NCBI GenBank assembly: GCA_963826865.1
Contig: CAWGYQ010000007.1
Span: 103,725 to 167,724, forward strand
Length of the DNA: 64,000 nt
From: an uncultured Acidobacteriota bacterium
Lineage (GTDB): Bacteria > Acidobacteriota > Vicinamibacteria > Vicinamibacterales > CAVPJW01
Reading direction: 5' to 3'
The notes under the pieces: model-generated
Databases searched by the model: none
Seen by the model: the letters and a program-made list of their open reading frames with translations, nothing else
Told to the model about the DNA's origin: nothing
Shown here: positions 8,584 to 18,419 of the stretch, piece after piece
How positions within the stretch are numbered: position 1 is the stretch's first letter
Layout of the letters: each line of letters starts with the position of its first letter
Position numbers and translations under genes: made by a program

Positions 8584-11508
8584 CTAGAACTGGAAGCGCA
8601 CGCCGAGCCGCAGGTAGAACGGCCGATTCAGGCGGGCCTGATTGTCGACTGCCGGCACGCCGTAGTCGGGATTGAGGACGGTCGGGCTGGTTTCGGTAGC
8701 CTGATCGTAGTCCCGAGCCTCCTGCGAGTTGAACAGGTTGAAGATGTCGGCCAGCAGCGTGAGCCGCCGGTTGCCGCCCATGGCGAACGAGTAGTCGGTG
8801 TGGAAGTTCACGTCGTACTCGAACGGCGTCCGGGTGCGGAAGCCATCGTCAACGGTTTCGATCCCAGATCCGCGGGGACCCTCGGGGATTTCGCCGTCGC
8901 TCTCGTAGATTGGATTGGCGGCGAAAGCGGTCAACGGACGACCCGAGCTGAGAATCACCCCGGCGCCGAAGTTGAGCCCGTTGTCCATGGCGTAGCTGCC
9001 GTACGTCTTGAACTGGTGCGTACGGTCGTTCGGGAGTGGACCTTCACCGAGCGCGCCGAGGAACCGGATGTCGCCGCGGTAGCCGAACTGCGGTACCCCG
9101 ATTTCGGTGTAGCTCGGATCGTTCGTCGGGAAGTCGAAGAGCGACGTGATGGCAGGGTCGGACTGGCCATTGTCGTTCCGGAAGAAGCCCTCGAACGTGC
9201 CGTCCAGCTTCGACCAGCGATAGGAGCCTTGCAGCGCCCAGTTGTCGCGGAAGCGCTTGTCCGCCGTGAGCTCAACGGCATGGTAGTGGTGGATCGGGTC
9301 CTCGAAGGCGCCCACGTTGTCGATCGTGGCGGGGTAGCCGTCACGCGGATTCGTGATGAAGTACTCGACGCTATCCAGGCCAGGCGCACCCTGCGAGTAG
9401 AGCACCATCGCGGCCGAGCCGATGTCCTCGAGCACGCGCGGCATGTCGCGGTAAACGTAGCGGATGCCGAGGTTGAGGCCTGGGGCTGCCTCGTACTCAC
9501 CACCCACCAGGAACTCGTCCTGGTAGGTCGACTTCGACGTGTCGTCGATGATCGCCGGGTCGAGACCAGCCGTCACGAAGTGTGTCGTCTGGCCGGCGGC
9601 GAGCGTGCCGTTGGGAACTTGCTGGGTCAGGCCCGCATCGAAGTAGTCGTCGCGGGTCACGCCAGCATCAGCCGAAAGCGCGCGCGCGGCCAGGTCGTTC
9701 GGGATCTTGGCGAAGAAACGGCCCCAGGCGCCGTAGATCTTGGAGCGGCCGTTGCCAACCGGGTCGTAGGTGACGCCCAGGCGAGGCGCCCAGTTGCCGT
9801 CCCACTGAAACTCGGCGAGATTACCCACGAGCTTCTGCTGCTCGTAGCGGAGGCCAGGCTTGATCGTCAGCCGAGGCCCGACCTTCCAGGTGTCCTGGAC
9901 GAAGAAGTTGAGGTACTCCTGCTCGGTCTCTCGAACTTGTTCGAAGTTGGCGCGTGAGACGCGGTAGATGCGACCGAAGACGGGGTCCGGTAACACCGTG
10001 ATTTCCGCGCCGGTCACCGTTGGCGTGCCGTTCCGGGCCGTGTAGCCCGGGCCGGTCCGGTCGATGATGTTGTCGTATTTGATGTCCTCGTAGGTGAAGC
10101 CGTAGCGAACATTGTGATCGCCGAAGATGTGTGTTGACTTGACGGCGTACTGCATGTTCGTGCCTTTGTTCCCGACTTCGTAGAAGCCGATCCCGCCAGT
10201 CCGCGTCTGCGGCGTCACTGTTGTATCGAGGACGAACCTGTCATCGATTGAGGGGGTTTCTTCGATGTTGTTGAAGGCGCGGGCGAAAGAGGCTTCTATC
10301 AGCCAGGTCGGCGAGACGACACCATCGTAGCGAACGACCTGATTGTGCCCGCCGTATTTGATCTCGCTGAAGCCCGCCGTGTCCTGCCGCAGGAGCGACG
10401 TCAACCGCTGCGGGCCGTTGTCACCGGTCGCCGGGTCGCCGAAGAACGAGGCGTCGATCTTGTGGCTGCTGGTGAGCTGATAGCTGCCCTTGGCCGAATA
10501 CGTCACAAGCTGGCGCTTCCGCTCCACTTCGCCGAGACTTTCGAGGGGGAAGCCGACCGGCGCGACCAGCGTCCGCGTTTCCCACTGCGGGTCCAACGCA
10601 CCGAAGAAGAACAGCTTGTCCCGGATGATGGGACCGCCCACCTCGAATCCGACGTCGTGCTGGGTCTGTGCGGTCGTGTTGATCGTGCCATTCACGGAAT
10701 CGACCTGGTCGTAGGACGATTCGAGCGCGTTGGGCTGGAAGTAACTGAACGCACTGCCGCGCAGGTTGTTCGTGCCGCTCTTGGTGAGGACGTTGATCAC
10801 GCCGCCCGTGGACTGCCCGAACTCAGCTTCGTAGCCGGCGGTCTTGACTTCGATTTCCTTGATGAAGTCGAAGGTGACGCCGTTGCCGAGCGATCCGAAC
10901 ACGATGGAATAGGAGCCGATGGCGCCATAGCCGCTGTTCGTGATGTTCACGCCATCGACGATGTACTGGTTCTCGAGCCCGCTGCCGCCGCCCATGGAGG
11001 GGTTCGCGTTGCCCACGCGACCGCTGCTGCTGACGCCAGGTGCGATGTACAGCGCGTCGGTCATTCGGCGACCGATCGGGACGCGCGTCAGGAGCTCGCT
11101 ATCCAGGTTGGCGCCAGCCGTCGTGGTGCTCATGTCGATGATGGGGGATGTCGCCGCAACCTCCACGACTTCGGAGATCGCGCCGACCTCCATCGCCAGA
11201 GGCAGTTCGACGGTCTGCGAGAGCCGGACGGTGACGTTCTGTCGCTCGACCGACTTGAAGCCCTGGAGCTCGGCGCGGACAAGGTAGTCGCCGGGGACCA
11301 GGAACGGAATCGAATAGCGACCCTCAGAATCGGTGACGCCGGAACGCGTCCCCTGAGGACCCTGTGCCGTGACCGTGGCGCCCGGCATGGCCAGCCCCTG
11401 AGAATCGGTGACGCGGCCGCTAATCGTGCCTGTCGTGCCCTGTGCAAACGCTGTTGCAACCCCGGCGAGCAGGACGATCGCGAGCACTGCCAAACTACGC
11501 AATCGCAT
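8584..11508 (-). CDS. TonB-dependent receptor-type outer membrane protein with N-terminal CarboxypepD_reg-like domain
   Basis: 974 aa. Signal peptide (AFAQG), then GTISGRVTDSQG...GATVTA...TDSEGRYSIPFLVPGDY (carboxypeptidase-regulatory fold), plug-like IEVKTAGYEAEFGQSTGGVINVLTKSG, and C-terminal beta-barrel ending LRLGVRFQF. Confidence 0.85.
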   Translation of the reverse strand: MRLRSLAVLAIVLLAGVATAFAQGTTGTISGRVTDSQGLAMPGATVTAQGPQGTRSGVTDSEGRYSIPFLVPGDYLVRAELQGFKSVERQNVTVRLSQTVELPLAMEVGAISEVVEVAATSPIIDMSTTTAGANLDSELLTRVPIGRRMTDALYIAPGVSSSGRVGNANPSMGGGSGLENQYIVDGVNITNSGYGAIGSYSIVFGSLGNGVTFDFIKEIEVKTAGYEAEFGQSTGGVINVLTKSGTNNLRGSAFSYFQPNALESSYDQVDSVNGTINTTAQTQHDVGFEVGGPIIRDKLFFFGALDPQWETRTLVAPVGFPLESLGEVERKRQLVTYSAKGSYQLTSSHKIDASFFGDPATGDNGPQRLTSLLRQDTAGFSEIKYGGHNQVVRYDGVVSPTWLIEASFARAFNNIEETPSIDDRFVLDTTVTPQTRTGGIGFYEVGNKGTNMQYAVKSTHIFGDHNVRYGFTYEDIKYDNIIDRTGPGYTARNGTPTVTGAEITVLPDPVFGRIYRVSRANFEQVRETEQEYLNFFVQDTWKVGPRLTIKPGLRYEQQKLVGNLAEFQWDGNWAPRLGVTYDPVGNGRSKIYGAWGRFFAKIPNDLAARALSADAGVTRDDYFDAGLTQQVPNGTLAAGQTTHFVTAGLDPAIIDDTSKSTYQDEFLVGGEYEAAPGLNLGIRYVYRDMPRVLEDIGSAAMVLYSQGAPGLDSVEYFITNPRDGYPATIDNVGAFEDPIHHYHAVELTADKRFRDNWALQGSYRWSKLDGTFEGFFRNDNGQSDPAITSLFDFPTNDPSYTEIGVPQFGYRGDIRFLGALGEGPLPNDRTHQFKTYGSYAMDNGLNFGAGVILSSGRPLTAFAANPIYESDGEIPEGPRGSGIETVDDGFRTRTPFEYDVNFHTDYSFAMGGNRRLTLLADIFNLFNSQEARDYDQATETSPTVLNPDYGVPAVDNQARLNRPFYLRLGVRFQF

Positions 11509-11954
11509 GTGTGTGACTCCTTGAAGAACTATTGCCTGCGTGCGGAACCCGGCGGCTGGAAGCCCGCCGACGAACTTATCCCTAGAATCAAGCTATCTAT
11601 CCCATTAACAAAAGCGATACCACTCGAATTGATTTTGTATCTGCATGATATAGAAAGACTTACAGCGCTGTGACGAATGGTGGAGAACCTAGTTATCCAA
11701 CCATACGTTTATCGACATCCAAAAAACAGGATTTTGGATCGGGCGTAGTTGACCCGCGTCAAGAAATGGCCCTCCATCACAAAAGAATCGTGCTTCATCA
11801 CTCCCGGTTATTGACCACGACGGTCGTGATTATGATCAAGAAAATACAGCTGAGCGACCGGTTTCGCTCAGCCGGGCCGAAAGGCAGCCGCCCTCCGAGC
11901 GCCCTCAGCTGACCCCGAATGGCCTCTCAACTGCTTTGGTATGATCCCCACGAC

Positions 11955-13160
11955 ATGCCGGTGCGAGAGGTCGTGATTCTGAGTGCCGCCCGGACTCCCA
12001 TCGGTAGGTACGGCGGGGCCCTCAAGAGCGTCCACCCGGCTGAGTTGGGAGCGGTTGCCACCCGTGCCGCCCTTACCCGGACGGGTATGGCGGCCTCGCA
12101 GATTTCGGACGTCTGGTTCGGTCACGGGCGACAAGCGGGGTCGGGCCCCAACCCCGCTCGACAGGTCGCGCATCGAGCCGGCATTCCTCACGACGCTCCA
12201 GCACAAACCGTGAACAAGGCATGCGCGTCGGGACTCCAGGCCGTCGCGTCCGCTTCCCAGGCCATCCAACTCGGTGAGGCCGATTTCGTCGTGGCCGGCG
12301 GCATGGAGTCGATGAGCCGCATGCCGTATCTCATCGATGCCGACGTGGCGCGATGGGGACACCGGATGGGGCATTTTCCACTCGTCGACGCGATGTATCG
12401 CGACGGGTTTCAATGCCCGCTGTGCGACTTGCTCATGGGCGAGACGGCCGAAATCCTCGCGCGCGAGTACGCCATTTCACGGGAGGAGTCCGACCGATTT
12501 GCACTGGGCAGTCAGCAGAAGGCGGAGGCCGCCGCCGCCGAGGGCCGGCTGACCGACGAGATTGCGCCAGTCTCGATAGCTGACGGGAAGGGACGGACGA
12601 TCCTCGTCGAACGAGACGAGCATCCACGGCCCGGGACGACCCTCGAAAGTCTGGCGAGGTTGCCGCCCGTGTTTGGAGAAGTCGAAGGACATCCAGGCAT
12701 CATCACGGCGGGTTCCTCATCCGGGATCACTGACGGTGCCGCGGCTCTGGTACTCGGAGCGGCTGACGCCGCGGTGCGAAACGGCCTGCATCCGTTGGCC
12801 AGAATACTCGGGTGGGCCAGCGCGGGCGTAGACCCCCGCATCATGGGCATCGGCCCGGTGCCGGCCGTTCGCAAGCTGCTCGAACGACTGCGACTCACGC
12901 TCGATGATTTCGATCTCGTGGAGCTCAACGAGGCGTTCGCCGCGCAGGTGCTCGCCGTGCTGCACGACCTGCCCATTCGAGCCGATCGGCTGAACGTGAA
13001 CGGCGGAGCGATTGCGCTGGGTCATCCGATCGGGTGCACGGGCGCACGCATCCTGGTCACATTGCTCTACGAGATGGAGCGGCGTCGCGCCCGGCTCGGT
13101 CTTGCCACGCTCTGTGTGAGCGGTGGGATGGGAATGGCGATGGCGATCGAGAGACTCTAG
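11955..13160 (+). CDS. acetyl-CoA C-acetyltransferase (thiolase)
   Basis: ORF 11919..13160. The thiolase N-terminus VVILSAARTPIG follows ATG 11955. Active-site regions NKACASGLQA, NEAFAAQ, NVNGGAIALGHPIGCTGAR. Confidence 0.9.
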   Translation: MPVREVVILSAARTPIGRYGGALKSVHPAELGAVATRAALTRTGMAASQISDVWFGHGRQAGSGPNPARQVAHRAGIPHDAPAQTVNKACASGLQAVASASQAIQLGEADFVVAGGMESMSRMPYLIDADVARWGHRMGHFPLVDAMYRDGFQCPLCDLLMGETAEILAREYAISREESDRFALGSQQKAEAAAAEGRLTDEIAPVSIADGKGRTILVERDEHPRPGTTLESLARLPPVFGEVEGHPGIITAGSSSGITDGAAALVLGAADAAVRNGLHPLARILGWASAGVDPRIMGIGPVPAVRKLLERLRLTLDDFDLVELNEAFAAQVLAVLHDLPIRADRLNVNGGAIALGHPIGCTGARILVTLLYEMERRRARLGLATLCVSGGMGMAMAIERL

Positions 13161-14233
13161 ATGCGCGACTTCCGTCTGGCCGTCATTCCGGGCGACGGCA
13201 TTGGTCGGGACGTCACGGCCGAGGCGTTGAAGGTCATCCGCGCTGTCGGGGATGTGTTCGGGCGCTCGTTCGAGCTGGAGACGCTGCCCTACGGAGCCGA
13301 TTACTTTCTCGAGACCGGCATCAGCATGCCTCCCAACGGATATGCGATGCTCCGCGACGATTTCGACGCCGTCTTCGTGGGAGCGCTCGGCGACCCGCGA
13401 GTGCCCGACATGCGCCACGCACGCGACATTCTCCTGGGCACGCGGTTCGAGCTCGACCTGTACGTCAACTATCGCCCCGTCAAGCTGCTGGACGAGCGGC
13501 TGTGTCCTCTCAAGGGGCGGACGCCCGATCAGGTGAACTTCGTCGTGTTCCGGGAGAACACCGAGGGACTCTATGTCGGCATCGGCGGCCGGTTCAAGGC
13601 CGGCACCGATCAGGAGATCGCGATTCAGGAGGAAATCAACACCTATCGCGGCGTGTCGCGCATCATCGACTATGCCTTCGAGTTTGCCAAGAGCTCGCGG
13701 GCCTCGGCGAGTCTGCATGGCCGACAAGAGCAATGCCATGACCGATGGCCACGCGCTCTGGCAGCGGGTCTTTCGAGAGCGCTCGGCTCGATCGACTGAC
13801 GTGGAAGCCACGCATCTGTTCATCGATGCCCTGGTCATGCAGATGGTGAAAGATCCGTCGCAGTTCGACGTCATCGTGACGAACAATCTGTTTGGCGACA
13901 TCATCACCGACCTCGGTGCCCAGCTGCAGGGTGGACTGGGTATGGCGGCGTCCGGCAATATCCATCCGGGCCGGACATCGATGTTCGAGCCGGTGCACGG
14001 ATCGGCACCGAAGTACGCAGGGAAGAACGTCGCCAATCCGATCGGCGCGGTGCTCTCCGCCGGCCTGATGCTCGAGTACCTCGGCCTCGAAGCCGAGGCG
14101 CTGGCTATCGACGCGGCCGTGCGATCCGCCGTTACGTCCCGGAACATCACCGCCGACGTGGGCGGCGCGCTCGGCACCCGCGAGACCGGCGACTACATCG
14201 TCGACACGAATTCGGCACACCACACCGCAATAG
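13161..14233 (+). pseudogene. isopropylmalate/tartrate/isocitrate dehydrogenase-family enzyme, frame broken
   Basis: The N-terminal half is in ORF 13161..13799 (AVIPGDGIGRDV, FRENTEGLY). The C-terminal half is in the frame of ORF 13573.. (RRVCMADKSNAM, NLFGDIITD, FEPVHGSAPKYAG). The switch is near 13692. As sequenced there is no in-frame stop before the next gene. A second skip near 14205-14215 would give a TAG at 14231-14233 and a typical ~356-aa length. Confidence 0.75.
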
Positions 14234-14250
14234 GCCTGGACGCCAACACG

Positions 14251-15435
14251 ATGCCCTCCCCGGTCTTCATCCTCGGCGGCGCCCGGACACCGATGGCCAC
14301 TTACGTCGGGGCTCTCAAGGATGTCTCGGCCATCGAGCTCGGCGCCGTGGCTGGGCGCGCGGCGCTCGAACGATCGGGCACGAAGCCCGAGTGGATCGAC
14401 CACGTCGTCTTCGGTAACGTCCTGCAGACGAGCGCGGATGCCGTGTACGGCGCACGCCACGTTGCGCTCAAAGCTGGCGTGCCTGTCGAAGTGCCTGCCC
14501 TGACCGTCAACCGTTTGTGTGGATCGGGAATCCAGGCCGCGGTGAGCGGCGCGCAACTGATCCAGCTCGGTGAAGCGGGTCTCGTGCTGACTGGTGGCAT
14601 GGAGAGCATGAGCCAGGCGCCGCACGTCATTCGCGGCCTTCGCACCGGGCTTCGATTGGGCCAGGGCAAGCTCGAGGACTCCCTCTGGGAGGCGCTGCTC
14701 GACACCCACTCGGGCTGCACGATGGCGATGACGGCCGAGAACTGTGCCCGTCAGTACGGGATTTCACGTGCCGAGCAGGACGAGTATGCCTTGCGCAGCC
14801 AGCAGCTGGCTGCCAAGGCCTGGCAGGAAGGCCGCCTCGCCGAAGAGGTGGTGGCGGTCGAGATCAGGGTGCGCAAGGGTCTCGAGCTGTTCACGCAGGA
14901 CGACCATCTTCGCCCGGACACGACCATCGAAAAGCTGGCGGCGCTTCCACCCGCCTTCAGCAAGGACGGGTTCGTCACCGCCGGCAATGCCAGCGGCGTC
15001 GTCGATGGCGGTGCGGCCCTCGTGCTGGCGTCGCCCGATGCGGTTGAGAGACACGCGCTGAAGCCACTGGGGCGGCTGGTCGGTTGGGCGGCGGTGGGTG
15101 TCGAGCCGCGTCTCATGGGCATGGGGCCCGCGCCTGCCACGCGTCAGCTGCTCGACAAGCTGGGTCTGACGCTCGACGACATGGATCTCATCGAGGTCAA
15201 CGAAGCGTTTGCGGGTCAGTACCTGGCGGTCGAGAAAGAGCTCGGGCTCGATCGCGCGAAGGTCAACGTGAACGGCGGCGCCATCGCACTCGGGCACCCG
15301 CTGGGGATGACGGGCACGCGACTCCTGCTGACGCTCCTGCTCGAGCTCCGGCGTCGCGGCCAGCGCCGTGGCCTCGCCACAGCGTGCATCGGCGGCGGCC
15401 AGGGGATCGCTGCCGTGGTCGAAGCCGAAAACTAG
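14251..15435 (+). CDS. acetyl-CoA C-acetyltransferase (thiolase), second copy
   Basis: ATG 14251 gives MPSPVFILGGARTPMATY. Also NRLCGSGIQA, NEAFAGQ, NVNGGAIALGHPLGMTGTR. About 395 aa. As sequenced it lies in the same open frame as the preceding dehydrogenase fragment. Confidence 0.88.
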   Translation: MPSPVFILGGARTPMATYVGALKDVSAIELGAVAGRAALERSGTKPEWIDHVVFGNVLQTSADAVYGARHVALKAGVPVEVPALTVNRLCGSGIQAAVSGAQLIQLGEAGLVLTGGMESMSQAPHVIRGLRTGLRLGQGKLEDSLWEALLDTHSGCTMAMTAENCARQYGISRAEQDEYALRSQQLAAKAWQEGRLAEEVVAVEIRVRKGLELFTQDDHLRPDTTIEKLAALPPAFSKDGFVTAGNASGVVDGGAALVLASPDAVERHALKPLGRLVGWAAVGVEPRLMGMGPAPATRQLLDKLGLTLDDMDLIEVNEAFAGQYLAVEKELGLDRAKVNVNGGAIALGHPLGMTGTRLLLTLLLELRRRGQRRGLATACIGGGQGIAAVVEAEN

Positions 15436-16280
15436 TACTTGTAGAACCCCTCGCCGCTCTTGCGGCCCAGTCGACCGGCCAGGACCATCCGCTTCAAGAG
15501 CGGCGGCGGTGCGAAGGCGGGATCCTTGAACTCCTCGAACATGATGCCCGCAATGTAAAGCGTCGTGTCCAGCCCTACGAAATCGAGCAGGGTGAACGGG
15601 CCCATCGGATAGCCGCAGCCGAGCTTCATCCCCTTGTCGATGTCCTCGATCGTGCCGAGGCCGCTCTCGTACACGCGGATCGCTTCCAGAATGTACGGCA
15701 CCAGCAGCCGATTGACGATGAAGCCCGGTCGATCGGGCGCCGTAATCGGGTCCTTGCCGAGCGCCCGGGCAAACGAGAATACCGTCTGATATGTCTCGTC
15801 GCTCGTCGTCAACGCGCGAACCACTTCGGTGAGTTTCATGAGCGGCACGGGGTTGAAGAAGTGGAGCCCCGCAAAGCGATCTGGTCGCTTCGTTCGCGCG
15901 GCCAGCTCGGTGATGCAGAGCGACGACGTGTTCGACGCGAAGATGGTGTGCGCGCCGACAAGAGGCTCGAGGGCGGCGTAGGCCTGTGATTTCTCGTCGA
16001 GGTTCTCGACGATCGCCTCGATGACGATGTCACAGTCGGCGAGGTCGCGAAATTCCGTCACCCCGGACAAGTTGCCCAGCGTCGTGTCGCGACTCTCTGA
16101 CGTGAGTTTTCCTTTGGCGACGCCGTCGGCGAGGAATTTCTGGATGCGTCCGAGGCCGCGCTCGAGGGCGGAGCGGTCGACCTCACGAACGATCGTGCGG
16201 TAGCCGGCCTGCGCGGACACCTGCGCGATGCCCGATCCCATCAATCCACATCCCAGCACACCCACCGTTCGAATTTGCAT
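15432..16280 (-). CDS. hbd: 3-hydroxybutyryl-CoA dehydrogenase
   Basis: 282 aa. Rossmann motif VGVLGCGLMGSGIAQ, then HFFNPVPLMKLTEV and C-terminal GRLGRKSGEGFYKY. Its stop overlaps the convergent thiolase stop (CTAG). Confidence 0.88.
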   Translation of the reverse strand: MQIRTVGVLGCGLMGSGIAQVSAQAGYRTIVREVDRSALERGLGRIQKFLADGVAKGKLTSESRDTTLGNLSGVTEFRDLADCDIVIEAIVENLDEKSQAYAALEPLVGAHTIFASNTSSLCITELAARTKRPDRFAGLHFFNPVPLMKLTEVVRALTTSDETYQTVFSFARALGKDPITAPDRPGFIVNRLLVPYILEAIRVYESGLGTIEDIDKGMKLGCGYPMGPFTLLDFVGLDTTLYIAGIMFEEFKDPAFAPPPLLKRMVLAGRLGRKSGEGFYKY

Positions 16281-16292
16281 GATGTCCGACCC

Positions 16293-17055
16293 TCAGGGCT
16301 CGAGCGTTCCGAGAAGGGCTCGAGCGTCGCCCTTGAATTGATGATCTTCGGGCGTCCAGTCAGGATCGAGCGGGGCGTCGAGTACCTTCTGCAACTCGGC
16401 GCGCGCCTCGGGTTCCCGGCCGTCGGCGATGAGCGTTTCCGCCAGAAAGAAGTGAGAGGCCGTACTGTTCGGGATCGTACATGAGCGACTTGCGCAGATG
16501 CTCTTCGGACTTCTTCCGGCTTCCGCCGAACAGGCCGGGCACCTTGTAGTACCAGCGGCCGAGCGCACGGTCCGCCGATCCCTTCTGGAACGACGCGTCG
16601 AGCTTCAGCACCGTTTCGAGCTCGCGCTTGATGGCCCCGCGGTACTTGAGTCCGGCCCGCATACCGAACGATTCCGCCATCGCACCCATGTTCGCCGCGG
16701 TCCAGAAGTGTCCCTCGGGACGGTTCGGCTCCACGGCCGACGCCTGATTGCCGGCCTCAATCCCGCGCTCGTACATCCTGCGTTGCCCGTCTTCGGGACC
16801 GTGGCCACCGAGCCAGTAGGCCGCGCGGGCCAGCTTCCACGCAGATTCGAAATCGCGTGGGTTTGCCCGCAGTCGCGCGTCCCAGATGGTGAACGCTCGT
16901 TCGGCGCTGCCGGGATCGGCGCGCCTGGCGTAGAGCGCATCCGGGTCGTCCGTGGACGCCTGCACGGGCGCGGCCGAAGATGGCGTCTGCTCGGACGGGA
17001 GCGCGGCGACGCGCCCCGGCGAGGCCAGGATGGTGAAGTACAATACCGTCGCCAT
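16293..17055 (-). pseudogene. secreted TPR-like protein (TatT-like), frame broken
   Basis: ORF 16360..17178 carries ...GSADRALGRWYYKVPGLFGGSRKKSEEHLRKSLMYDP. The sequence continues sensibly only in the frame of ORF 16293..16568 (...ASHFFLAETLIADGREPEARAELQKVLDAPLDPDW...). The switch is within 16459-16474. Family assignment is tentative. Confidence 0.55.
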
Positions 17056-17653
17056 GGAAGCGCTCATCAGACAGCTCATCCTCGAGCTTGGCGAAGATCC
17101 GGATCGGGAGGGACTCGTCAAGACGCCGCTCCGTGTCGAGAAGTCGCTTCGATTTCTTACGAGCGGGTACACCACCAACGTCGATCAGGTCCTGAACGGT
17201 GCGCTCTTCGCCGTCGATTATAGCGAGATGGTCATCGTTCGCGACATCGACTTCTTCAGCTTGTGCGAGCATCATCTGCTCCCGTTCTTCGGAAAGTGCC
17301 ACGTGGCCTATATTCCGAGCGGCCGAGTGGTGGGCCTCAGCAAGATTCCACGCCTCGTGGAAATCTTCAGCCGGCGGCTTCAGATTCAGGAGCGTCTGAC
17401 GGCGCAGATCGCAGAGACGATCGACGACAAGATTCAGCCGCTGGGCGTCGCGGTCGTGATCGAGGCCACGCATCTGTGCATGTCGATGCGCGGTGTGGAG
17501 AAGCAGAACTCCTTCGCGGTGACCAGCGCCATGCTCGGTGCGTTCCGCGACAATGCGCGCACCCGGATGGAGTTTCTCGAGCTGGTCAAGCTGCGTGCGG
17601 CTCCGCGCACGGTTGACGCCAGCGCAGGGGCCACCTGCCTCGCCGACGTGTAG
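17030..17653 (+). CDS. folE: GTP cyclohydrolase I
   Basis: [65 protein letters not shown]. Start is ATG 17030 (MVKYN) or 17054 (MEALI). Confidence 0.9.
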   Translation: MVKYNTVAMEALIRQLILELGEDPDREGLVKTPLRVEKSLRFLTSGYTTNVDQVLNGALFAVDYSEMVIVRDIDFFSLCEHHLLPFFGKCHVAYIPSGRVVGLSKIPRLVEIFSRRLQIQERLTAQIAETIDDKIQPLGVAVVIEATHLCMSMRGVEKQNSFAVTSAMLGAFRDNARTRMEFLELVKLRAAPRTVDASAGATCLADV

Positions 17654-17661
17654 GTCGCGCG

Positions 17662-18330
17662 GTGTCCGCAGCCCGAAATCTGACGCGTCGCACGATCGGA
17701 GCGTTGGCGGTGCTGGCGCTCGCGCTCTCAGTGGGCGCGGCCGGTCAGACCCGAAAGCCTCCGACCAAGCCGGCCGCGACGGGCTTGCAGCGTGCACCGG
17801 CCGACATCACCTGTCCGGCCGAGCTCGGCATCGGGGTCAAGACTCGACGGCGGTTCTGTGATGTCCTGACGGGACGAGACCTCTCCGATGGCATCCTCGT
17901 CCGGCTGCCATCCCGGCGCGGCACGGCTACCCTCAGCTTCAATCTGCACAACCGGCACACCTATTCCGAAGAGCTCGTGAGGACCAATCGGGCCTACACG
18001 CGCTACACCGCGACCGTGGGCGTGCTGTCCCCCGACAATACGCTCCTCGCGCGCGGGGTGGTTGAAACCGAGTTCCGCACGGAGTCCGACTTGCTCGATC
18101 GCATCGAGGGCGGCGCCGGGCCTGGCGGGATCAAGGCGGTCGCGCCCAGCGGCCGCGAGCGTGTGAGCGTCACGATCCCGGCCGACGCCCCCAGCGTGAG
18201 CATCCTCGGCGAGAAGTTGACGGTGGAGCGGCTCGACGGCACCTCGACGTACTCGGCCCCGGGACGGCCGATGGCCGTGATCAGCGACGTGCAGATCGAG
18301 TACCGGCCCGCTCCAGCGCGCCGACGGTGA
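17662..18330 (+). CDS. secreted hypothetical protein
   Basis: 222 aa. Signal-like RRTIGALAVLALALSVGAAGQ. GC3-rich coding look. No family recognised. Confidence 0.55.
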   Translation: MSAARNLTRRTIGALAVLALALSVGAAGQTRKPPTKPAATGLQRAPADITCPAELGIGVKTRRRFCDVLTGRDLSDGILVRLPSRRGTATLSFNLHNRHTYSEELVRTNRAYTRYTATVGVLSPDNTLLARGVVETEFRTESDLLDRIEGGAGPGGIKAVAPSGRERVSVTIPADAPSVSILGEKLTVERLDGTSTYSAPGRPMAVISDVQIEYRPAPARRR

Positions 18331-18366
18331 GGCGAGCGAGAGCGGCGCGTACATGAAATACGACGG

Positions 18367-18385
18367 ATCGAATGCCGCATTCGAT
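18367..18385. repeat. palindrome ATCGAATGC-C-GCATTCGAT (copy 1)
   Basis: Perfect 9+1+9 palindrome 37 nt after the stop at 18330. The core CGAATGCNGCATTCGAT recurs at 20652-20668. Confidence 0.7.
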
Positions 18386-18419
18386 GGAGCGAGTACCGGT
18401 TGGTCCCGTCGAGTCACGA

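Noticed and set aside
8545-11673. Long plus-strand ORFs (8545..9957, 470 aa; 10345..11673, 442 aa) antisense to the OMP gene. Similar long antisense ORFs occur elsewhere: 12717..14177(-), 20779..22557(+), 29937..32306(-), 38567..39646(-), 44109..46094(-), 46929..48530(-), 51790..53256(+), 61975..63003(+).
   Set aside because: These are typical high-GC shadow ORFs. Their translations are Arg/Ala/Gly/Pro-rich and carry no motifs, and each lies opposite a gene with clear family signatures.
11509-11700. Possible cobalamin or other riboswitch upstream of the TonB-dependent-type receptor gene.
   Set aside because: I could not find a B12-box-like element or any other riboswitch core I recognise in the minus-strand leader. 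Only generic hairpins are present.
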